Source: Syntrophorhabdaceae bacterium (GTDB lineage Bacteria > Desulfobacterota > Syntrophorhabdia > Syntrophorhabdales > Syntrophorhabdaceae). From it: a DNA stretch of 64,000 nucleotides. The position numbers and the translations under genes are program-made. The notes under the pieces were generated by a model. It worked only from the letters and a program-made list of their open reading frames with translations, was not told the origin of the DNA and did not search any database. Shown one piece after another: positions 21,144 to 32,108 of the stretch (within the stretch, counting starts at the first letter, position 1; every line of letters starts with the position of its first letter). Location of the stretch: assembly GCA_963666485.2 (NCBI GenBank), contig CAXXUO010000003.1, forward strand, positions 256,001-320,000, in the 5' to 3' direction.

Positions 21144-22807
21144 TGGTCCCCCCCGGCCGTCCCTCCGATGTTCTCGACGGGTTTGTTAAAATAGAAAATA
21201 GAGGAGAGTATTATGGTGTGGTATATACACCAGAAGACATTTACCGCAAGGCCCGCCAGGGGCTCCCGTTCAAATATGATCCTGTTGACTCCCCACACCA
21301 CGGCACAAAAACAGGTAAGCAAAAGCAGGACCTGGGGCCACATGGCCTTGAGCGGCAGGGCGTGGCTCGAACCTTTTGGCGTGATGCCGAAGGTCCCCTT
21401 GACCCCCGCCAGGGCGAGAAGGCTTGCCTTCATGAAGACGGGAAATGTAATGAAGGTCAAGAGCTGACCGGACAGGAGGTCCTTGATCGTGTAACTGCGC
21501 TGTTTCAAGGTCCAGTAGAAGGTGGTCAGGGTGATGACAATGTACGGGACAAAGACGAGGAAATAAAACTCCGGCCGGGAGAAATACGTGGGCACATTGA
21601 AAAAAATGAAGACCGGGGGGCATATCATCATGACGAAGAATACGAAGCCGATAAAGTACCAGGTGCTCGACAGGAGATATTCCCACCATTGCAGCGGCGT
21701 CAGAGCTGTCGGCCTTGTGAGGAACGTTCCGATCACCTTGCGAAGAAGCCCGATGGTCCCCAAGGACCACCGGAACTGCTGTTTGAAATAACCTCCCAGG
21801 TCCTCCGGCCCTATCTGGAAAGTCCGGACCCGGTTGATATATGTTGTCTTCCATTTTTTGAGGTGGAACTGGAGGGACGTGGCAAAATCCTCGGTCACGG
21901 ATGATTCGTCGAAACCGCCGACGCTCATCAGGGCCTCCCTGCGGAAGAGGACATTTGTCCCGCAGCAAAAGGTCGCATCCTTGGAGGCCTTGCCCTCGCA
22001 TATATATTCGTAGAAGACTGTCTGCTGAAGGCCGGCGGCGCGTGCTATACGGTTCGAGTCGAAGTTGATGTAGTATTGCGGCGTCTGGATGAAGGCGAGT
22101 TCCCGCTTTTGTTCGATCTCGTAGACGAGCGGTTCAAGGAAATCGGGGAACGGGTTTGAATCGGCGTCGAAGACGACCATGTATTTCTCCGTTTCCGTTT
22201 TCCTTTTCGCCGAATAATTATAAAAAACGAAACCCTCCTTCACGTTCCCCGTGAGGTACTGGAGGAAATCGTTGATGATGCCGGCCTTCGCTCCATGCCA
22301 TTTCCGCCGGAAAAGGTCGACCCCGACATACTGGCACAGGTCCTCGATGGCTTTTTTATAGGCTGCCATATTTTCGGGTGTGTCCCATTCCACGTCATAC
22401 CGTGTGTCGTCGAGAAAATAGATGTACTTGTTCGGGTAGGAGAGATTGTAAAAGGTGATGAGAGAGTTCTTGACGACCTCGAGCGGTTCCTTGTATGAGG
22501 GCATGACGATCGCCACGGGGGGAAATGACGACAACTCCACGTTGGGGATCTCTTTTCGGGAAAAGTCCCTCTTTGTCCATGCGACCGACAGTATCTCGAG
22601 AAAATAGCCGATCCCGTGGACGAGAATGAACGTTTCTGCCAGAAGAAGAACAAAGGCTATGAGTTTTTTCGTACCACGCATAATCACTGACGAGAAAAAG
22701 CCGACGCGGACCATGAGATAAATAGCCGCCACTGCCATAGCCGCGACGGGAATTGCCATGACAAAGGCGATCTTGGAGGAAGACGGGGGCGATGTTTTTT
22801 CTGCCAT
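21140..22807 (-). CDS. Cellulose-synthase-like processive GT2 glycosyltransferase
   Basis: LDD, KAG, DAD, QTPQ, TED, QQFRW motifs; N- and C-terminal TM helices; no PilZ domain. Confidence 0.9.
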   Translation of the reverse strand: MAEKTSPPSSSKIAFVMAIPVAAMAVAAIYLMVRVGFFSSVIMRGTKKLIAFVLLLAETFILVHGIGYFLEILSVAWTKRDFSRKEIPNVELSSFPPVAIVMPSYKEPLEVVKNSLITFYNLSYPNKYIYFLDDTRYDVEWDTPENMAAYKKAIEDLCQYVGVDLFRRKWHGAKAGIINDFLQYLTGNVKEGFVFYNYSAKRKTETEKYMVVFDADSNPFPDFLEPLVYEIEQKRELAFIQTPQYYINFDSNRIARAAGLQQTVFYEYICEGKASKDATFCCGTNVLFRREALMSVGGFDESSVTEDFATSLQFHLKKWKTTYINRVRTFQIGPEDLGGYFKQQFRWSLGTIGLLRKVIGTFLTRPTALTPLQWWEYLLSSTWYFIGFVFFVMMICPPVFIFFNVPTYFSRPEFYFLVFVPYIVITLTTFYWTLKQRSYTIKDLLSGQLLTFITFPVFMKASLLALAGVKGTFGITPKGSSHALPLKAMWPQVLLLLTCFCAVVWGVNRIIFEREPLAGLAVNVFWCIYHTIILSSIFYFNKPVENIGGTAGGDQ

Positions 22808-22808
22808 G

Positions 22809-25483
22809 TCAGAACCTGTATCGTAAAACGGCCCACAGGCCCTGTCCGACCCATTGGGGCGAGGTCCTGGTACAGGCCTTTTATGCCGGCGAGCCAGTGT
22901 TTGGCAAACTCATAGTTCCATTCCCCTTCGAAACGGGCGTACGGGTTGTTCTCGGAATCGGTCCCGAAAGAGAACTTGAGATCGTAATAATGCTGGTCAG
23001 AACCGCAGATGAACGATTTCGACAGGTCATGGAGCCATTCAAAGGTGATACCTCCGGCTGTATAATCCTGAGGTGTCCAATAGGGGATGGATGATATTCG
23101 TGACATTTCCCGACTGATCGTAAAAATATACGTTGTTATGCTTGGTGTTCCTGTATTCACCGGAAAGTATCACCTTGAAAAGCCGGGGGTGTTCCGTGAG
23201 GCCGTATCCGACCGCCATGCCGAGATAGGTCCCGCTATTCGAGTCGTTGTAATTGATATACTCCGCCCTGGCATTCATGTTGAGCTTGCGATTGAAGTCT
23301 TTCTGGGCGCCTATCCAGAGCCGGTCGGCCTGGATGCCCTGCTCGAGGCTGAAGTAATTGTATATTTCATCCGTCCTGGCATATCCTCCGCCAACTTTGA
23401 CATGATCGTAGATATTGAACCACATGGTCGCCTGTCCTGTGTCCTTGGTGCCGAGGCCTGCTCGAGTCGTAGCGTTTATGGGTCCATGGCCACGTCCCCG
23501 CTCAGGTAAGGATTCACTACCCCTGAAAACCCGACCGTGAACCCGTCCGCCCCGTATGTGCGGTGGTTGTAGTCGGGCTGTTCGAGGTACCGCTGGGCCC
23601 TGAAGAAACCGTGGTATTGGCATGCAAAAGGTACATCGACGGACAGGTCGAAGCGATTGCGCGTGATGCGGGAAAGGTCCCCCCCTTCCTTCCTCGTTCC
23701 AGTATGAATAATCGAAGCGGACGGAAGGGTTGTTCCTTATCTTCTGGAACTCGAGACCTTCCATAGCCAGGGAATGGAGGGGTCGATGTCGAGCAGGCGC
23801 CGATAGATCCCTCCTTCAAGGCGGCACAGTCCCAGCGAACAGGCGACCTGCGCCTCGTCGAAGAGGGCCTCTTCATTTCCCGGGTTCTCCTCGATGAGCT
23901 TTTCGTAGACGGGCAGGGAACTGGCGAAATGTTTTTTCGTAGGCAAGTTTCTTGGCCTGTTTTTCGAGCGAAATGGACCTGGCGATCCGCTGGCTGGCGC
24001 CGTATTCCCTGTCTTCACCCGCCCTGAGGCCGGGCGTCTTTCGGACCAGCATGGAAAGTGCCGCATCGTACGTTTCCATGGAAAAGGGCAGGGTCCTTGG
24101 CCCACATGGCAGTCCGTGCCATTTCGCGGTACGGCACAGGGGTCTGCCGGGTTGAGTGCCCGCACTTCCCGGTAAATTGCTATGGATTCATTGTAGTGCC
24201 TCGACCAACGCGAGGACCCGGGCAAGACCGATAAGTATCTTCGAGTCCTGCGGAAAGTCCCTGTTCAATTCTTTATAGAGCGCAATCGATTCGTCGTATC
24301 GTCTGTCCGAACCGAGGGTCTCGGCGAGCGCCTGCCTGGCCGGGAAATAGGCGGGGTCCCGCTTAAGGGCCGCTTTGAAGCAGTCGATCGCCTCACTGAA
24401 GAACCCCTCAGATGCGTAGAGGCCTCCCCACTGTGTCAGCGCGGGGGCGGATGCAGACCTGTCGCCCAGGATCGTGGTAACGAGGCCTTTCGTCCGGGCC
24501 GTGTCAGGGAAAGTGACATAGAATGCCGCGGGTATATTGCCGGGGTTGGCCGACAGTACAGATTCGAACGATTGCCGGGCCTCGGTGTACTTTTTTTCTT
24601 TCAGGTATGTGCGCCCGGTCTCGACGCGGGGCTCCGGCCCCGTTCCTGCCACACCGGACATGGCCGTGAGGACTGACCGTGCCTCATCGAACCTCCGCAG
24701 GTACACCAGGGAATTGGCAAGCGTGCGCATAGCATCGACATTGTCCGGTTTCGCGGTAAGGGCCTGCCGCGCATATTTCTCGCTTTCCTCGAACTGCTTT
24801 TCAAAATATTTTGTCTCGGCGAGTCCCGCGAGGGCCTGTGCTTTTGCGCGTTCGGGACCTTTCATGATGAGCGACTGGTAGACATCTTCCGACTCCTCAT
24901 ATCGCTGCGAGTTTGCGAGCGTCCTGGCGAGGCCCAGCGTGGCATTGATAAACTGATATTCCTCGAGTGTGCCTGTGAGATATTCACGGTAGATCGCCTC
25001 AGCCTTGTAGAAATCGCCCCACATGTTCATCTTGTCGGCAAAGCGCAGCTTGAGCTCCGTTTTTTCGGGGGAGAGCGCGAGCGCCTTCAGATAAAGGTCC
25101 CTGCAGACCTGTACGTGCCCCAGGCTGCATTGGACGTCGGCATATGCGGCCGCCGCGTTGCTGTTGCCCGGTTCCCTGCGGTAAACGTCCTCGAGTATCT
25201 TGAGGGACTCATCCGTGCTGCCCGTCCACATGAGGACTTGCGCGAACTCTATCTCGACCTCGGGATTGCCCGGGTACAGTGCGCGCATCTTGCGGTATTC
25301 ATCGAGGGATTCCTGCCGGGTCGCCACGTTCCACGAAAGGATCCGCGCCAGCAAAAGACGGGCCTCATAATCCGACACCCTGCTCTCCGGGGAGACGATC
25401 GTCTGCTCTTCCCGGGCAGGGCATGGCCCTGCGAAGAGAATCGCAAAGAAGACGATGCAGAGAATGAGGGCCGGCCGTTTCAT
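22809..25483 (-). pseudogene. TPR plus outer-membrane beta-barrel exporter (PgaA/BcsC-like), broken by multiple single-base indels (pseudogene or sequencing error)
   Basis: Fragments in alternating frames join into one ~890-aa protein ending ...LRYRF-stop; indels mostly in homopolymers. Confidence 0.72.
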
Positions 25484-26125
25484 CTACTTGAGCGTTCTCC
25501 TGAGTTCTCTGGCGGCATCGTCGAATCTGTTGGACCACATAAGGACGAGCCCGTATTTTCGCCTCACCTGGATATCGTTGGGCAGCGCGGAAAGTATCTT
25601 CCGGTATTCGGCAAGTGACTCATCATAATGTTTTTCCCAGCTCAGCATCTCGGCAAACCTCAGCCGGGCGGCCTGGTCGTCGGGATGCTTGCGCAGGTGG
25701 TCGCGATACAGGGGCTCCGCTTTTGTGTATGACTTCCGGATCCTGTACAGGTCGGCCATGAGAAGCAGCGATTCGTCGGTTTGCTGTGCGGCGGGTATGG
25801 CCTCGAGCACCTCGAGAGATTCCGGAACATGTTTGCTCCAGAAAAGGAATTGGGCCATTTCGAACCGTGCCTTGCTAAGGTTGGGTTTTTCCTTGAGGAG
25901 CTTTTTATACTCGGCGATCGATTCGTCGTACCGTTTTGTGTACCCGAGTATCCGTGCCAGTTCCCACCGCGCCATCCAGTCCGGCACCTCTTCGCCCGAA
26001 CCCGGTGCAATGAGCGAAGAAGCGGCGCCGGCGGTCTTTTCCCGGGCGAAACAGGGCTGACCCCCGCAGATAATGGCGCATATAAACAAAATGGCAATCA
26101 CTGCCGCTCCTGTGATCCGTGTCAT
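25484..26125 (-). CDS. Exported TPR protein
   Basis: Signal peptide; TPR repeats (LARILGY..YDESIAEY). Confidence 0.85.
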   Translation of the reverse strand: MTRITGAAVIAILFICAIICGGQPCFAREKTAGAASSLIAPGSGEEVPDWMARWELARILGYTKRYDESIAEYKKLLKEKPNLSKARFEMAQFLFWSKHVPESLEVLEAIPAAQQTDESLLLMADLYRIRKSYTKAEPLYRDHLRKHPDDQAARLRFAEMLSWEKHYDESLAEYRKILSALPNDIQVRRKYGLVLMWSNRFDDAARELRRTLK

Positions 26126-26604
26126 GATTTTTCTCCCAGTATGGCCCTGTAAATGTCGATGGCTTCATCGAAGCGCCCCATGGCTGTGAGTGCCCGGGCA
26201 AGGCGCACCTTTGCGGCCCGGTTTGCGGGCATCGTTTTTACGACCTCCCCGTACATGTCCGCGGCAAGGCCAAACTCGCGATTCCTTTCATACAGCTCCC
26301 CCAGTTTGAGACGCACGTTATCATCCCCGGGGTAAAGGGAGAGCACCTGGCGGAATATCTCGATGGAACCCTTGATATTCCCTTCTTTTTCGTATGCGAG
26401 CCCCATCCGTACCAGGCTTTCGGTCTTCCGGAAATTCTTCCCCGAGAGGTCCCGGAAGATAGAGATTGCCTCGGAATAAGAACCTTGTTTGACCAGTCTC
26501 ACGGCTTCTGCGTAAAGGATCTTATCATGGTTTACCACCTGGTAGAGCCCCGTTGTGGCGGCTGCCAGGAGGACCAGGAACATAATGACGAGCGCGGTTT
26601 TCAT
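26122..26604 (-). CDS. Membrane-anchored or exported TPR protein
   Basis: Hydrophobic N-terminus; TPR repeats. Confidence 0.85.
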   Translation of the reverse strand: MKTALVIMFLVLLAAATTGLYQVVNHDKILYAEAVRLVKQGSYSEAISIFRDLSGKNFRKTESLVRMGLAYEKEGNIKGSIEIFRQVLSLYPGDDNVRLKLGELYERNREFGLAADMYGEVVKTMPANRAAKVRLARALTAMGRFDEAIDIYRAILGEKS

Positions 26605-26698
26605 TTCACACTATTGTCCGGCGGAACGCGTTAATTTACCGTGGATTATAGCATGTCAGACGGTCGTGTCAATGGTGGAATCGACAGGCGTGATATCC

Positions 26699-26728
26699 TT
26701 GACTTATCAATGATTTGACAGCTATAAT
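26699..26728 (+). promoter_or_regulatory. Putative sigma70 promoter of the aspS operon
   Basis: TTGACT-N18-TATAAT followed by a GGAGG RBS. Confidence 0.6.
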
Positions 26729-26754
26729 AATTAACTTTTTTTGGAGGCCTGATC

Positions 26755-28506
26755 GTGAGAGATACGTATTGCGGAACACTTCGGAAGGATGATGTTGACA
26801 GGACAGTGACCCTGGCGGGATGGGTCTTCAGGCGGCGTGACCATGGTGGTTTAATATTCGCCGATCTGCGCGATGTGACCGGCATCGTCCAGGTCGTCTT
26901 TTCACCCGAGATATCGAAGGATGCCCATGAGCGGGCGGGCGATATCCGCAGTGAATATGTCCTCAAGGTCACGGGGAATGTGCGCTTAAGACCTGCGGAG
27001 ACGGAGAATGTAAATATACCGACCGGCGGGATCGAGGTGTACGTATCGGACTTCGAGGTCCTCAACACGTGCAAGGTATTGCCGTTCCAGCTTGACGATG
27101 AGGACATCAACGAGGCGGTCCGCCTGAAATACCGGTATCTCGACCTCAGGCGCCCCGAGATGCAGAAGGTCTTTACCGAACGGAGCAAGGCGTACAAGGT
27201 GACGCGGGATTACCTCTCGTCCCAGGGTTTTTTTGAGTTCGAGACACCGCTCCTGACGAAGAGCACGCCCGAGGGCGCACGCGACTTCATCGTCCCGAGC
27301 AGGCTGAACACGACTATGTTCTACGCGCTCCCGCAGTCTCCCCAGTTGTTCAAGCAGCTTCTCATGATGAGCGGTTACGAGAGGTATTTCCAGATCGCAC
27401 GCTGTTTCCGCGACGAGGACCTGCGGGCGGACAGGCAGCCCGAATTTACGCAGATCGATATCGAGATGAGCTTTGTGACGCGCGAGGATGTCATCCGGGT
27501 GAACGAAGGGCTCATCATTACACTATATGAGACATTAAAGGGCAAAAAGCCCCCCGAGGTGCCGTTTCCGCGGATGACCTTTGCCGAGGCGATGGACAAG
27601 TACGGCAGCGACAAGCCGGACCTGCGCTTCGACCTCACGATCACGGATCTTACCCCGGTCTTTCTCGCGACGGAGTTCGGCGTGTTCAAGAAGACGATCG
27701 AATCGGGCGGAAAGATCAAGGCGCTTGCCCTCAAAGGTAAAACGCTGTCCCGCAAGGACCTCGATGTTGCCGTGGACACGGCGAAAGAGCTCGGTTCCGG
27801 AGGCCTTATCTGGATGCGCAGGGATGCCGAAGGGCTGCAGTCGCCCGTCGTGAAGTTCTTGAACGATGAAGAAAAATCCCGGATCATCTCCGAGCTTGGC
27901 CTCGAACCGGGCGATGTCGCTTTCATGATGGCAGACAAAGGGCTCAAGGTAAGCGACCTCATGGGCAGGTTCCGCCTTTACCTCGGCGAGAAATACGGCC
28001 TTATCGACAAGGGCCTCGACAAGTTCCTGTGGGTCATCGATTTTCCCCTTCTGGAGTACAGCGAGGAAGAAAAAAGATACGTGGCCCGGCACCATCCGTT
28101 CACATCGCCCAAGGAACCGTTGGTCGGTTTTAGCGGGGACTATGAAGCGATACTCGCCAATGCCTACGACCTTGTCTTTAATGGTGTTGAGCTGGGCGGA
28201 GGGAGCATCAGGAACCACCGCACCGGGGACCAGGCCGAGATGTTCCGGCTGCTCAACATCAAAGAGGACGAGGCGGCCGACAAATTCGGCTTTCTCCTCG
28301 AAGCCCTCGAAATGGGCGCTCCGCCCCACGGCGGCATCGCCTTCGGGTTTGACCGCATTATCATGATGTTCCTCGGTCTTTCAAGCATCCGGGACGTCAT
28401 CGCCTTCCCGAAGACGCAGAAGGGTTCATGCCTGCTCACGGGCGCTCCTTCACGCGTGGCCCAGCGGCAGTTGACGGAATTGAAGATAAGGACCATAACA
28501 GATTGA
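26755..28506 (+). CDS. aspS: Aspartate-tRNA ligase
   Basis: RRRDHGG, LPQSPQ, FRDEDLRADRQPEF, GGSIR, PPHGGIAFG. Confidence 0.97.
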   Translation: MRDTYCGTLRKDDVDRTVTLAGWVFRRRDHGGLIFADLRDVTGIVQVVFSPEISKDAHERAGDIRSEYVLKVTGNVRLRPAETENVNIPTGGIEVYVSDFEVLNTCKVLPFQLDDEDINEAVRLKYRYLDLRRPEMQKVFTERSKAYKVTRDYLSSQGFFEFETPLLTKSTPEGARDFIVPSRLNTTMFYALPQSPQLFKQLLMMSGYERYFQIARCFRDEDLRADRQPEFTQIDIEMSFVTREDVIRVNEGLIITLYETLKGKKPPEVPFPRMTFAEAMDKYGSDKPDLRFDLTITDLTPVFLATEFGVFKKTIESGGKIKALALKGKTLSRKDLDVAVDTAKELGSGGLIWMRRDAEGLQSPVVKFLNDEEKSRIISELGLEPGDVAFMMADKGLKVSDLMGRFRLYLGEKYGLIDKGLDKFLWVIDFPLLEYSEEEKRYVARHHPFTSPKEPLVGFSGDYEAILANAYDLVFNGVELGGGSIRNHRTGDQAEMFRLLNIKEDEAADKFGFLLEALEMGAPPHGGIAFGFDRIIMMFLGLSSIRDVIAFPKTQKGSCLLTGAPSRVAQRQLTELKIRTITD

Positions 28507-28525
28507 TCCGCCCCGGGGGTATACG

Positions 28526-30343
28526 ATGGGTAAAAAAGAAAAGAAAAAGGGATTTATATTCAAAAATGTAACAGAATCCTCGCAATTTCCGCTGATCGAC
28601 GTCGAAAAACCGCAGTTGTTCCGGGAGATCTTCCCCTATGACGAAGTGTGCAAGGTAAAGTTCGATCACAAGATCGAGCTTATCGACCCTCCCGATGAGA
28701 TATACATAACGGATACCACCTTCAGGGACGGCCAGCAGGCGCGGCCGCCTTTTACAGCCCAGCAGATCGAGGACCTGTTCGAGTTCCTGCACCGCTTGAG
28801 CGGTCCGAACGGCGTCATCCGGCAGACCGAGTTCTTCATGTACACGGACAAGGACAAAGAGGCGCTCGGCCGCTGCAAGGAAAAAGGTTACCGGTACCCG
28901 GAGATAACGGGCTGGATCCGGGCGAATAAGGACGACCTGCAGCTTGTCCGTGATATGGAACTCAAGGAGACCGGCATCTTGACCAGCGTTTCCGATTATC
29001 ACATATTCCTCAAATTCAATAAAACGAGGACGCAGGTCCTGAAAGACTATCTGAAGATCGTGGAAAGCACGCTCGATCACGGCATCATACCGCGCTGCCA
29101 TTTTGAGGACGTCACGCGTGCGGACATATACGGGTTTTGCGTCCCGTATGCCCAGGCACTCATGAGGCTCTCCGAAGAGGCGAAGGTACCGGTCAAGATC
29201 CGCCTGTGCGACACGCTCGGCGTCGGCATCACGTACCCGGGATCGGCGCTGCCCCGCTCTATCGGGAAGATCATCCGCGCGATGATCGACGATGCGGGCG
29301 TGCCGTCGGACTGCCTGGAATGGCACGGCCACAACGATTTCTACAAGGTCCTCATCAACAGCGTCAGCGCGTGGATGTACGGGTGCACATTCGTTAACGG
29401 CACCTTCCTCGGTCTCGGAGAGAGGACGGGAAATGTCCCGATCGAGGGCCTTATCATGGAGTATATCTCCCTGACAGGCGAGGACAACGGGATAGACACG
29501 ACCGTCATCACCGAGATGCGCAATTACTTCGAACGCGAGATCGGCCACCATGTCCCGAAGAACCAGCCCTTCGTCGGGCTCGATTTCAATGCCACGTCGG
29601 CCGGCGTTCACATCGACGGCATCCTGAAGAACGAGGAGATCTATTCGCCTTTCGATACGGCGAAGCTCCTCAACAGGCCGCTTGCCGTCAACATAACGGA
29701 CAAGTCGGGGCTCGCGGGGATCGCCCACTGGGTCAACTCGCATTTTGCCCTGACGGGCAAGGAGCGCGTCGAAAAGACGCACCCGGGCGTCGCCAAGATC
29801 AACAAGTGGATCTCCCGGCAGTACGAGGAGGGCAGGGTGACCTGTATGTCGGAAGACGAGATCGAACACCAGGTCAGGCGCTACATACCGGAAATATTCG
29901 TGTCCGAATTCGAGTTGATGAAGAAGCGGGCGCTCGATATGGCGGCACACCTCATCGAACAGTACATCGAGGACCCGGCGATAAAGAGCATGAACCCGGT
30001 ACGGCAGGAAGACCACCTGAAGACCCTTGTCCAGGATTACCCCTACATCCAGTTCGTCTACGCGGTCAACGGCGAGGGCATCAAGATCACGCGCAATATA
30101 ACGCAGGCCGTCGACAAGGCGAAGTACCAGCAGATAGGCCTCAACGAGGATTTCTCGGACAGGGATTGGTTCATAAAGCCGATGAGCGACGGGAAGATCC
30201 ACGCCACGAACCTGTATTCGTCACGAATAACGGGCGCCCTGTGCGTCACCGTCTCCGGCCCGATACGCGACCAGATGGGGGACATCGTTGGTGTGCTCGG
30301 GGTTGATATCAGGTTTGAAGACCTCACAAAGGCGGAGGCTTAA
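28526..30343 (+). CDS. DRE-TIM metallolyase (Re-citrate-synthase-like) with a C-terminal Cache-like domain
   Basis: [21 protein letters not shown]-terminal DFSDRDWF...GVLGVDI Cache signature. Confidence 0.78.
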   Translation: MGKKEKKKGFIFKNVTESSQFPLIDVEKPQLFREIFPYDEVCKVKFDHKIELIDPPDEIYITDTTFRDGQQARPPFTAQQIEDLFEFLHRLSGPNGVIRQTEFFMYTDKDKEALGRCKEKGYRYPEITGWIRANKDDLQLVRDMELKETGILTSVSDYHIFLKFNKTRTQVLKDYLKIVESTLDHGIIPRCHFEDVTRADIYGFCVPYAQALMRLSEEAKVPVKIRLCDTLGVGITYPGSALPRSIGKIIRAMIDDAGVPSDCLEWHGHNDFYKVLINSVSAWMYGCTFVNGTFLGLGERTGNVPIEGLIMEYISLTGEDNGIDTTVITEMRNYFEREIGHHVPKNQPFVGLDFNATSAGVHIDGILKNEEIYSPFDTAKLLNRPLAVNITDKSGLAGIAHWVNSHFALTGKERVEKTHPGVAKINKWISRQYEEGRVTCMSEDEIEHQVRRYIPEIFVSEFELMKKRALDMAAHLIEQYIEDPAIKSMNPVRQEDHLKTLVQDYPYIQFVYAVNGEGIKITRNITQAVDKAKYQQIGLNEDFSDRDWFIKPMSDGKIHATNLYSSRITGALCVTVSGPIRDQMGDIVGVLGVDIRFEDLTKAEA

Positions 30344-30351
30344 AATACACA

Positions 30352-31611
30352 ATGGGAAAGACACTCGCTGAAAAGATCCTGGGACGGAACACGGGAAGCG
30401 ATGTTGAAGCCGGGAGCTACACCATCGTGAACGTGGACAGGATACTCCTGCAGGACGGCACGGCGCCGCTTGCGATCAGGAAATTTACCGAGATGGGATT
30501 TGACCGGCTGTTTGACGGGCCGAAGGTCACCTTCTTCATAGATCACGCGTCCCCGAGCCCGAGGATGGAGCTATCGAACGACCACATGGCGATACGGGAA
30601 TTTGCGTCCCGGTACGGGGCGAATGTGAGCGATGTCGGTGAAGGCATCTGCCACCAGCTCATGTCCGAAAAGGTGCTTCTTCCCGGTGAGGTCCTCGTCG
30701 GGGCCGACTCGCATACCTGTACGGGCGGGGCACTGTGCTCATTTTCCACCGGCATGGGTTCCACCGATATCGCGACGGCCATGGGGCTGGGAAAGACCTG
30801 GATGAGGGCCCCCGAGACGTTCCTTTTTCGTCTTCAGGGCAAATTCCCGAAAGGGGTCTTCCCGAAAGACCTTATCCTTGCGATCATCGGGATGATCGGG
30901 GCCGACGGGGCGACGTACAAGGCACTGGAGTTCGCAGGTGAAGCCGTTGATGCCATGACCGTCGAGGAACGCATGACGATCGCGAACATGGCCGTAGAAG
31001 CGGGTGCAAAGTGCGGCCTTTTCCCCTCCGACAACATGACACGCTCATTTCTTGAAGCAGCGGGCCGGGGAGCATCCTTCGTCGAGATCAGCCCCGACTC
31101 GGATGCGCAGTATGAGAAGGTATTTGACATTGACCTCGGTACGCTGAAACCGATGGTCAGTCTTCCGCACACAGTCGATAACACGCGGGATATCGAAGAT
31201 AAAGCGGTCAGGGAAACGAGGGTCCACCAGGTCTTCATCGGCTCGTGCACCAACGGGAGAATAGGCGACCTCAAGGTCGCCGCCCGGATCCTGAAAGGAC
31301 ACAAGAGGCACCCCGGGGTGCGGCTTATCGTCGGTCCTGCATCGCAGGGCGTGTACCTTCAGGCGCTCAAGGAAGGCATACTCGAGACACTCATCGATGC
31401 CGGGGCGACCATCCTGCCCCCGGGCTGCGGTCCCTGCATCGGGCTGCACCAGGGCATCCTCGGTAAGGACGAGGTTTGCATCGCCACCTCGAACCGGAAT
31501 TTTCTCGGACGGATGGGGAACCCGGAGTCCGGCATTATCCTTTCATCCGCGGCGACGGCGGCGGCGAGCGCACTGACAGGCAGAGTTTCCGACCCGAGAG
31601 AGGTTCTATAA
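30352..31611 (+). CDS. leuC: 3-isopropylmalate dehydratase/homoaconitase-family large subunit
   Basis: GICHQ, GADSHTC, GSCTNG, GCGPCIG, NRNF. Confidence 0.85.
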   Translation: MGKTLAEKILGRNTGSDVEAGSYTIVNVDRILLQDGTAPLAIRKFTEMGFDRLFDGPKVTFFIDHASPSPRMELSNDHMAIREFASRYGANVSDVGEGICHQLMSEKVLLPGEVLVGADSHTCTGGALCSFSTGMGSTDIATAMGLGKTWMRAPETFLFRLQGKFPKGVFPKDLILAIIGMIGADGATYKALEFAGEAVDAMTVEERMTIANMAVEAGAKCGLFPSDNMTRSFLEAAGRGASFVEISPDSDAQYEKVFDIDLGTLKPMVSLPHTVDNTRDIEDKAVRETRVHQVFIGSCTNGRIGDLKVAARILKGHKRHPGVRLIVGPASQGVYLQALKEGILETLIDAGATILPPGCGPCIGLHQGILGKDEVCIATSNRNFLGRMGNPESGIILSSAATAAASALTGRVSDPREVL

Positions 31612-32108
31612 TGGTGATCAGGGGAAATGCATGGCTCTTCGGAGACGACATATCGACAGACCATATCATTCCGGGCAGGTTCTATCACCTGCGCTCACAT
31701 CTCGACCAGCTCACGAAGCACGTGTTTGACGATATTGCCCCCGGTTTCAGCGACAAGGTCAAGAAAGGCGATATTATCGTGGGAGGAAGGAATTTCGGCC
31801 TGGGGTCGAGCCGGGAACACGCACCGCTTATCATCAAAATGGCAGGGATCGATGCGATCGTCGCGAAGTCTTTTGCGCGCATATTCTACCGGAACGCCAT
31901 CAACGTCGGGCTTGCCGCGATCATCTGCCCGATCGAGGGCCTAAGCGAAGGCGACGCGCTCGAGATCGACCTCGGAGAGGGCACGCTCAAGGACATATCC
32001 ACGGGGACCGTGAAAACATTCTCCCCGCTCCCCCGTATTATGCAGGACATCCTCAACGAGGGAGGGCTTGACGTGTATATCAGGAAATACAAGGGGTTCA
32101 CGATCTAA
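31611..32108 (+). CDS. leuD: 3-isopropylmalate dehydratase/homoaconitase-family small subunit
   Basis: DISTDHIIP, NFGLGSSREHA, SFARIFYRN; ATG overlaps the upstream stop. Confidence 0.85.
   Translation: MVIRGNAWLFGDDISTDHIIPGRFYHLRSHLDQLTKHVFDDIAPGFSDKVKKGDIIVGGRNFGLGSSREHAPLIIKMAGIDAIVAKSFARIFYRNAINVGLAAIICPIEGLSEGDALEIDLGEGTLKDISTGTVKTFSPLPRIMQDILNEGGLDVYIRKYKGFTI

Noticed and set aside
28436..30202. 588-aa antisense ORF, and similar ones such as 5888-7039, 37619-38584 and 45922-47022
   Set aside because: Shadow frames of GC3-rich genes with no recognisable motifs
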